From assembly GCA_018669005.1 (NCBI GenBank), contig JABJAL010000034.1, forward strand, positions 2,298 through 66,297: DNA of 64,000 nucleotides, read 5' to 3'. The notes below the pieces were generated by a model. It had not been told where the DNA came from and ran no database searches. It saw only the letters and a program-made list of their open reading frames with translations. This document shows, one piece after another, positions 57,727 to 64,000 of this stretch. The stretch is from Nitrospinaceae bacterium (GTDB lineage: Bacteria > UBA8248). Each line of letters begins with the position of its first letter. The first letter of the stretch is position 1. The position numbers and the translations under genes are program-made.

Positions 57727-58709
57727 ACTCGCTCCAGCGGGATCTTGCGGCGAGCCGTGTGGCGGGCGCCTATGCCTTCTGGGGCCCGGAGGGGTGCGGC
57801 AAGGCGACGGCAGCGTCGATTTTCGCACGTGCACTCCAGTGTGGTGGGGATTCGCCTCCATGCGGAACATGTCAGGCTTGCGAGAAGGTGGAGCGCGGCT
57901 CGCACCCGGATGTGATTCAGGTCGTTCCCGAGAAAGGTAAGAAATCGATTGGTATCGAGGCCGTTCGCGATCAGGTGCTGGAGCGGGCCTATCAGCGGCC
58001 TCAGGAGGGCCGCCGCATGGTGTTCATCGTGGACGATGCCCACCGGGTGACGACTCAGGCGTTCAACGCTTTTTTGAAGACGCTTGAGGAGCCTGCCCAG
58101 GATGCAGTGTTCATTCTTGTCACGCCCAATCTGCATGCCTTGCCGCCCACGGTTCTCTCTCGGTGTCGCCAACTCAGGTTCAGGGCGCTTGGTCGCGATG
58201 AGCAGCGCCAGATTCTTTCTGCGCATCTGGCGGATGAGGCGGTGGATTTCGACAAGCTGATTTCGCTGAGCATGGGACGGCTAGGAAAAGCCTTTGGTGC
58301 TGATCAGAGTGCACTTGAGGAGCGGCGCGAGGCGGCGCTTTCCTTTCTCAACGGGCTATCGGCACCGCCGGGAAAGGCAGATGAGGCGGGCCTTCTCGGG
58401 CTTGCGGCCAGCCAGGCAGGGGGCGGGTCGAGCCGGGCCGATGTTCTTGAGTTTCTTGAAATGCTTTTAGGTCTACTTCGGGATATACTGATTCTTGAGG
58501 TGGCCCCGGATGCCGTGGAGCCCTGGAACGCAGATGTGGTTGAGGCGCTTCGGGCGATAGGCGGCAGGTGGGGGGTACCCGGCTTGATCCGTTCGGTGGA
58601 TTGGGTCCAGGAAGCGACCCGGGATGTTGGGGTGATCAACACGAATCCTTCCCTGACACTCGAATCTTTGGTTATATCGCTGCGCGGCACCGTGGGCGCG
58701 GCTGGATGA
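57687..58709 (+). CDS. holB: DNA polymerase III subunit delta'
   Basis: FWGPEGCGK degenerate P-loop, CGTCQAC zinc module, and SRCRQLRF sensor motif. Confidence 0.8.
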   Translation: MDWRFLQGQDTAVDSLQRDLAASRVAGAYAFWGPEGCGKATAASIFARALQCGGDSPPCGTCQACEKVERGSHPDVIQVVPEKGKKSIGIEAVRDQVLERAYQRPQEGRRMVFIVDDAHRVTTQAFNAFLKTLEEPAQDAVFILVTPNLHALPPTVLSRCRQLRFRALGRDEQRQILSAHLADEAVDFDKLISLSMGRLGKAFGADQSALEERREAALSFLNGLSAPPGKADEAGLLGLAASQAGGGSSRADVLEFLEMLLGLLRDILILEVAPDAVEPWNADVVEALRAIGGRWGVPGLIRSVDWVQEATRDVGVINTNPSLTLESLVISLRGTVGAAG

Positions 58710-58719
58710 GGGTTATATT

Positions 58720-59631
58720 ATGATTGAAAACGCTAGCGAGGGTGGAAGTTCAGCTGTCCGACTATACCCTGATGAAAATCAGGCTCCCGAAAAGATAAAA
58801 ATCGTCCCGATAGTGTCGCGCTTTGACCCGAAGCCCATTTTTCATCTTGCGAGCGATGTGCGCCTCATAGCGGGAACGCGGGTGGTCATCAAGACTATCG
58901 ATGGCTACGAGGAGGCGGGTGTCGTTGCTGACGCTCCCCGGTTTATGGAGGCGCGCTACCACAAGGCTCCGCTTCCGAAGGTGATGCGCAAGTTCACCGA
59001 AGAGGACGAAAAGAACAGCGTTTCTATCGAGGGCCTTGAGAATCGGGCTTTCAATGTGGCCGAAAAGAAAATTGTCGAATTGAAATTGCCGATGAAATTG
59101 ACGAATGTGAAGTACGCCTTCTCGAAGAAAAAGGGCACGTTTTTCTTCTCGGCAGATGGTCGGGTGGATTTTCGGCGGCTTGTGAAGGCGCTTTCTGAGA
59201 ATTTTTCGATTCGTGTCGAAATGCGCCAGATCGGGGTGCGCGATGATGCGGCACTCAAGGGCGGCTGCGGGGATTGCGGGCGGGAGTTGTGCTGCAGCAG
59301 CTACATGAAGAATTTTGATCCCGTTTCCGTCCGGATGGCTAAGGATCAAAATCTGAGTTTGAACCCAACGAAGCTTTCGGGGGCTTGCGGTCGGCTGAAG
59401 TGTTGCCTTCGCTTTGAGCACGCCCACTATGTAGAAGTGAAAAAGCGGCTGCCGGCGCCCAAAAAACGGGTGGGCGGATGCAACGTCCCCGCCATGGTGA
59501 TCCGGCAGGATATCCTCGCCGAGGAAGTGACCTTGGCCCTTGAGGGCGGCGAGCGGATGACAGTTCATGCCGATGGGCTTGAGCGCATGGCCAATGGCCA
59601 GTACACCCTAAAGAATCCTATCGGCGGCTAG
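58720..59631 (+). CDS. PSP1 domain protein (RicT/YaaT family)
   Basis: PSP1 C-terminal domain with Cys cluster (GGCGDCGRELCCSSY...GACGRLKCC). Confidence 0.8.
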   Translation: MIENASEGGSSAVRLYPDENQAPEKIKIVPIVSRFDPKPIFHLASDVRLIAGTRVVIKTIDGYEEAGVVADAPRFMEARYHKAPLPKVMRKFTEEDEKNSVSIEGLENRAFNVAEKKIVELKLPMKLTNVKYAFSKKKGTFFFSADGRVDFRRLVKALSENFSIRVEMRQIGVRDDAALKGGCGDCGRELCCSSYMKNFDPVSVRMAKDQNLSLNPTKLSGACGRLKCCLRFEHAHYVEVKKRLPAPKKRVGGCNVPAMVIRQDILAEEVTLALEGGERMTVHADGLERMANGQYTLKNPIGG

Positions 59632-59671
59632 CGCCCCCTTAACCAATAACAGAGGCAGTTTTGAAGTCGCT

Positions 59672-61675
59672 ATGAGCGGTAAACCTTTTTACGTCACGAC
59701 GCCAATCTACTACGTTAACGACAAGCCCCACCTGGGCCACGCCTATACGACCGTGGCCACGGATGCCAAGGCGCGCTTTCATCGCTTGAGGGGGGAGGCT
59801 GCGCGGATGCTCACCGGCACCGACGAGCACGGCCAGAAATTAGAACAGGCCGCCCTCGATGCCGGAAAAGACACCCTCGCCTTTGCAACCGAGAACAGCG
59901 AAAAGTTTCGCGCCCTATGGAAAAAACTCAATATCCAGTGCGACGACTACATCCGAACAACAGAGGAGCGCCACAAGCGGGGTGTCCAGGAGATATGGCG
60001 GCGGGTGAGCAAGGCCGGGGACATCTATAAAGACGAGTACGAGGGCAAGTATTGTGTCTCGTGCGAGAACTTCCTCACCGATCTCCAGCTTGATGACGGC
60101 AAGTGTCCCGATTGCGGGCGCCCGGCGGAGTCTGTGCGCGAGGAGAGCTATTTCTTTCGCTTGAGTAAATTCCAGGAGCCTCTTCTGGCGTACTACGAGA
60201 AGCATCCGGAATTCATCCAACCCGAGGGGCGACGTAAAGAGATTATAAGCTTTGTCGCGGGGGGGCTTCGCGATTTGTCGGTGAGCCGGACGAGTTTTAA
60301 GTGGGGAATCCCGGTGCCTGATGACCCGGCGCATGTCATCTACGTGTGGTTCGATGCGCTGAGCAACTATGCGACCGCTGCCGGATTCGGTGCCGAGGGC
60401 GTGGGTGAGGACGGCTTCCCGGAGGGCACCGCTTGGCCTGCCGATCAGCATTTCATCGGTAAGGACATTCTCCGATTTCACTCGGTTTACTGGCCCGCTT
60501 TCTTGATGTCGGCGGGCCTCCCGCTTCCCGGCCAGGTGTTCAGCCACGGTTGGTGGACGATAGAGGGCCAGAAGATGTCCAAGAGCCTGGGCAACGCTGT
60601 GGACCCCCACTGGCTCATCGAGGAATACGGGGTGGACGCTTTCCGCTATTTCATCCTTCGCGAGATTCCCTTTGGCTCGGATGGCGATTTTTCACACGCC
60701 CATCTCATCGACCGGATCAACAGCGACCTGGCCAATGATTTGGGTAATCTCCTTTACCGCACCCTCAATATGGTCAAACGCTATCGCGGAGGGAAAATAG
60801 GCCGGGGAGACGCCGCGCTCGACACCGAGATTGAAAAAACGCTTGCCTCAACTACTCAAAATGCCGCCCAGCGCTATGAGTCAGAGATGGAGGCGACTGA
60901 TCTTCAGGCGGGACTTCGCGCCACCTGGGAGATTATTTCTGCGGCCAATAAATATATTGATGCTGCCGCCCCCTGGGCGCTCGCAAAGAGCGGGCCCGAG
61001 GAGCGGCTCGATTCGGTGCTCTATCATGCCGGGGCGGCTCTTCGAGTAGTTGCCGCCATGATTTCACCCGTTATGCCCGAGACGGCGGACAGCATCGCGC
61101 TCCAGCTTGGCTTGGGCGATGATTGGCTCGCAGCGACGTTCGGGACGCTGGTGGATCTGTACGCTTTGCCTGAGGCCCTTGAAACGAAACTGGGCAAGCC
61201 CCTGTTTCCCAGAATTGAAGAGGACGCGCGGGCCGCGCTTGAGGAAAAAGTGGCGGCGCGGATATCGGAGGGCGAGAGCGACGGAGAGGCCGCTCCCAAG
61301 GAAAAATCTTCCGGGAAGAAAAAGGAAAAAGGAGGCGACACCGAAAGCGCAGGTCTCATCACCATCGACGATTTTCGCCGTGTGGAGTTGCGGGTCGCCA
61401 AGGTTGAGGCCGCCGAAAATATACCCAAGTCGAAAAACCTGTTGAAGCTAGAAGTCTCAATTGGCGAGGAGCGCCGCACGATTGTTGCCGGGGTCGCTAA
61501 GTTTTATGAGCCCGCCGAGCTCATCGGTCGCACCGTAGTTGTCGTGGCGAATCTTGAGCCAGTAAAACTCATGGGTGTTGAATCCCAAGGGATGTTGCTT
61601 GCCGCCAAGGATGATAATGGCCTCAAGCTTGTTGGCATCCCGGATGGTATCTCCTCGGGAAGCCGCGTCAGTTGA
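59672..61675 (+). CDS. metG: methionine--tRNA ligase
   Basis: HLGHAYT (HIGH) and KMSKS motifs, CPDCG zinc knuckle, and C-terminal EMAP-like tRNA-binding domain. Confidence 0.9.
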   Translation: MSGKPFYVTTPIYYVNDKPHLGHAYTTVATDAKARFHRLRGEAARMLTGTDEHGQKLEQAALDAGKDTLAFATENSEKFRALWKKLNIQCDDYIRTTEERHKRGVQEIWRRVSKAGDIYKDEYEGKYCVSCENFLTDLQLDDGKCPDCGRPAESVREESYFFRLSKFQEPLLAYYEKHPEFIQPEGRRKEIISFVAGGLRDLSVSRTSFKWGIPVPDDPAHVIYVWFDALSNYATAAGFGAEGVGEDGFPEGTAWPADQHFIGKDILRFHSVYWPAFLMSAGLPLPGQVFSHGWWTIEGQKMSKSLGNAVDPHWLIEEYGVDAFRYFILREIPFGSDGDFSHAHLIDRINSDLANDLGNLLYRTLNMVKRYRGGKIGRGDAALDTEIEKTLASTTQNAAQRYESEMEATDLQAGLRATWEIISAANKYIDAAAPWALAKSGPEERLDSVLYHAGAALRVVAAMISPVMPETADSIALQLGLGDDWLAATFGTLVDLYALPEALETKLGKPLFPRIEEDARAALEEKVAARISEGESDGEAAPKEKSSGKKKEKGGDTESAGLITIDDFRRVELRVAKVEAAENIPKSKNLLKLEVSIGEERRTIVAGVAKFYEPAELIGRTVVVVANLEPVKLMGVESQGMLLAAKDDNGLKLVGIPDGISSGSRVS

Positions 61676-61709
61676 CCACGGCGCATGAAGGATAACGAAA
61701 GAGGCGAGA

Positions 61710-63527
61710 ATGGATAGTCCAAAAGAACCAAGCAAACCCGAGAATGGATCTCCTGCGCCGGGTGGTAACACACGCGGCAAACGAAGGCGACGAGGCCGGG
61801 GGAGACCGAATCGGAATCGAGCAGGAGCGCCTCGTTCGGATTCGGGCCAGCAAAACCCGGATAAACAAGGCTCACCCCAGCAAGGTGCGTCCCAGGAAGG
61901 CCAACCGCGTGAAGGTCAGCCTCAGGGAGGTCAGCCTCGGGGAGGTCAGCCTCGGGGAGGTCAGCCTCGTGCGGGGAGCCCGGGAGAGGGCGCGGGAAGC
62001 GGCCGTCCCAGACGGAGGCGTCGTGGGCGCGGACCCCAATCTCAGAATCGGACTCCCTCCCCGCAGCCGCCGAGGGATGTCCCCGAAAAAAAATTAGAAC
62101 TCGCCGATCCGGCTGCACTTGAAGGTATCGCCCTTGAGGGAGGAGCCCTTCTGGTTGATTCACATGCGCACATCGACAACGGCGCATACGATAGCGATCG
62201 CCGGCGTGTTCTCGACCTTGCCTTCTCAAAGGGCATCGGCGCCATCATCGCCGTCGGCTCGGATCTCGACTCTAGTCGAAAAGCGCTCGACATCACCAAA
62301 TCGTTCGAGGGTGTATACGCCGCCGTTGGTGTGCATCCCCACGAGGCAAAAGCGTTCGCTAATAAATCCTCAGGACCCATCAAATCGCTTGCTGAGAATG
62401 AAAAGGTTGTCGCGATCGGCGAGATCGGGCTTGACTACCACTACAACCTATCGCCTCAAAAACTCCAGAAACATTGGTTCCGGGAGCAGATTCGCCTGGC
62501 CGTGAAAATCGGCAAGCCGGTTATTGTCCACAACAGGGAGTCCGATGAGGATTTGTATCAAATACTTGAAGAAGAAAAGGTCTGGCGTGTCGGTGGCGTG
62601 GTGCACTGTTTTAGCTCCGATGCCGAGATGGCGAAAAAATTTCTTGGCCTCGACCTTCACCTGGGTGCCGCCGGGCCAATAACTTTTGAGAAATCAGACG
62701 AGCTAAGGGCCGTTTTCGCCGACGTGCCCATCGAGCGGATTCTTGTCGAGACCGATAGTCCCTACATGACCCCGCCTCCCAACCGCGGCAAGCGCAATGA
62801 GCCCGCCTATACAATTCAGGTGGCGCAAAAGCTCGCTGAGGTGAAGGGCCTTAGCCTTGAGGAAGTGGCCAGAGCTACATCGATGAACGTGCGCCGCCTG
62901 TTCAAAATTGGCCCCGAGCCCGTGGCGGGCACTATTGCCTACGCGCTGGGCGGCAAGCTTTATCTCAACATCACCAATCGCTGCAACAACGCGTGTTTCT
63001 TCTGCGGGCTACTAAGCGACAAGGTGTTTATGGGCCACGACCTCACACTTGAGAGCGAGCCGGACGCGGCGGCTATTATCGCAGCGGCGGGCGATCCTTC
63101 CGGGTACGATGAAGTCGTATTTAGCGGCTACGGCGAGCCAACGTTGCGGCTCGATGAACTAAAGGAGGTTGCCTGGGCGCTTAAGGAAAAAGGTGCGCGC
63201 CGCATCCGCCTTGTGACGAACGGGCTGGGAAGCCGCGTGAATAGCAGGAGTATTATTGCGGAGCTCTCTGGCCTTGTTGATGCCGTGTCGATCAGTCTTC
63301 AGGCCGAGAGCCCAGAGGCCTACGAGAAAGTTTGCAAGACAAAGGATATTGAGAACCCCTATCCCTCCATTAAGGAATTCATCTCCGAGGCGAAAACCCA
63401 GTTCAGCGACGTTGAGGTTACCGCCGTGGACATGCCGGGGCTCATCGACATCGAGGCCTGCGAGCAGGTCGCCCGCGAGGAGTTGAACGTCCCCTTCCGC
63501 CGCCACACCTTTGCACTCGCGGATTAA
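61710..63527 (+). CDS. TatD-family hydrolase fused to a TatD-associated radical-SAM domain, with Arg/Gly/Pro/Gln-rich disordered N-terminus
   Basis: Residues ~150-400 are TatD (LVDSHAHID...GEIGLDY...VHNRES). The C-terminus has CNNACFFC (CxxxCxxC) and SGYGEPTL. The N-terminal 140 aa is low-complexity RGG/QPR repeats. Confidence 0.7.
   Translation: MDSPKEPSKPENGSPAPGGNTRGKRRRRGRGRPNRNRAGAPRSDSGQQNPDKQGSPQQGASQEGQPREGQPQGGQPRGGQPRGGQPRAGSPGEGAGSGRPRRRRRGRGPQSQNRTPSPQPPRDVPEKKLELADPAALEGIALEGGALLVDSHAHIDNGAYDSDRRRVLDLAFSKGIGAIIAVGSDLDSSRKALDITKSFEGVYAAVGVHPHEAKAFANKSSGPIKSLAENEKVVAIGEIGLDYHYNLSPQKLQKHWFREQIRLAVKIGKPVIVHNRESDEDLYQILEEEKVWRVGGVVHCFSSDAEMAKKFLGLDLHLGAAGPITFEKSDELRAVFADVPIERILVETDSPYMTPPPNRGKRNEPAYTIQVAQKLAEVKGLSLEEVARATSMNVRRLFKIGPEPVAGTIAYALGGKLYLNITNRCNNACFFCGLLSDKVFMGHDLTLESEPDAAAIIAAAGDPSGYDEVVFSGYGEPTLRLDELKEVAWALKEKGARRIRLVTNGLGSRVNSRSIIAELSGLVDAVSISLQAESPEAYEKVCKTKDIENPYPSIKEFISEAKTQFSDVEVTAVDMPGLIDIEACEQVAREELNVPFRRHTFALAD
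61911..61970 (+). repeat. 4 x 15-nt in-frame tandem repeat (ggaggtcagcctcgg) encoding GGQPR units
   Basis: Direct tandem copies at 61911, 61926, 61941 and 61956, with degenerate copies just upstream. Confidence 0.85.
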
Positions 63528-64000
63528 GGGTACAGTGGGCTCCGCCCTTTGATGGCCGCTCGGGCCAGTTGGGAATCAATTTCTTTGGTGGCGGTGGTTA
63601 TTGGTTCTGGAAGCCGCTCAAATCTGAAATCCATCTTCCATTCTTTTAGAGAATGAAAATCTGCTAATCCTTTATCAAGCATGTTCTCCAACCACCGCAT
63701 GTTGTGGTCGGTGTAATAATCTTTCGGTGCCAGCACCTTAAGGTGAATGTGTTCTGCTTCTAAAATTTCCTTGCCGCTGTCCGAATATCCAAGGTTGCTT
63801 AAGTGGTTCATGGTGAAGTGATAGATCATCCCATAACCGATGATTTCGATTGCGGCGTATAGAGGTTGGTTCGAATGTATTTTCAGCTCTATGAATTCGA
63901 ATTCTTTTTTGTTGCTCTTAAACACCATGTCGATCTTCGTATGCTTGTTGGCATCAGGTCCGAGAAGGCCGGATGATGTAGGGACTTGGTTAGCCCATAG
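63524..64000 (-). CDS. hypothetical protein (5' end beyond window), GC-poor
   Basis: ORF open to the window edge. GC is roughly 40-45% against ~60% background. No recognisable motifs. Confidence 0.35.
   Translation of the reverse strand, partial: LWANQVPTSSGLLGPDANKHTKIDMVFKSNKKEFEFIELKIHSNQPLYAAIEIIGYGMIYHFTMNHLSNLGYSDSGKEILEAEHIHLKVLAPKDYYTDHNMRWLENMLDKGLADFHSLKEWKMDFRFERLPEPITTATKEIDSQLARAAIKGRSPLYP

Noticed and set aside
58762-60610. Minus-strand ORFs of 268 and 231 aa
   Set aside because: Antisense to the PSP1 and metG genes.
1-64000. Searched for CRISPR arrays, IS elements and transposase or integrase genes
   Set aside because: No regularly spaced direct repeats and no transposase- or integrase-like ORFs were seen. 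The GC-poor segments lack flanking inverted or direct repeats that I could identify by eye.

Overview
This is a high-GC (~60%) bacterial chromosomal window. It is mostly housekeeping and metabolic genes, with several accessory segments. The most interesting segment is at 28583-38434. It is a co-directional, translationally coupled 11-gene type II FAS/PKS-like operon. In order it encodes an SDR, an ACP with a ~100-aa C-terminal extension, a KS, a Cys-less chain-length-factor KS paralog, a FabZ-like dehydratase, a second KS, FabG, AcpS, a second FabZ-like dehydratase, a third KS, and an LpxL-family acyltransferase. This resembles aryl-polyene or specialised-lipid clusters, but the usual starter, thioesterase and export genes are missing. 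This is my best candidate for an undescribed lipid or polyene system. A second strong call is at 12521-13105. This gene was split into two ORFs by the six-frame track, but it is one AhpD-like (carboxymuconolactone decarboxylase family) protein with an in-frame TGA. The TGA falls at the second Cys of the C-x-x-C-x-x-x-H redox motif, here C-K-Y-[TGA]-T-V-S-H. A bacterial-SECIS-like hairpin sits about 10 nt downstream, so this is a selenoprotein. Other calls are listed below. There is a TPP riboswitch with a terminator expression platform upstream of thiS-thiG-thiE. A perfect CIRCE operator lies upstream of hrcA, in a reduced dnaK-operon arrangement (hrcA-dnaJ, then prmA-rsmE, no grpE or dnaK). 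A TatT-type TRAP transporter is present. A PAS histidine kinase is paired with a sigma54 activator. ppnK-recN is present. A TatD gene is fused to a TatD-associated radical-SAM domain behind an Arg/Gly/Pro/Gln-rich N-terminus encoded by a 15-nt tandem repeat. Three GC-poor, probably acquired segments are noted: an AT-rich island with an HTH-REC regulator, an SGNH hydrolase, and the window's 3' end. No rRNA, tRNA, CRISPR arrays or recognisable transposases were seen.
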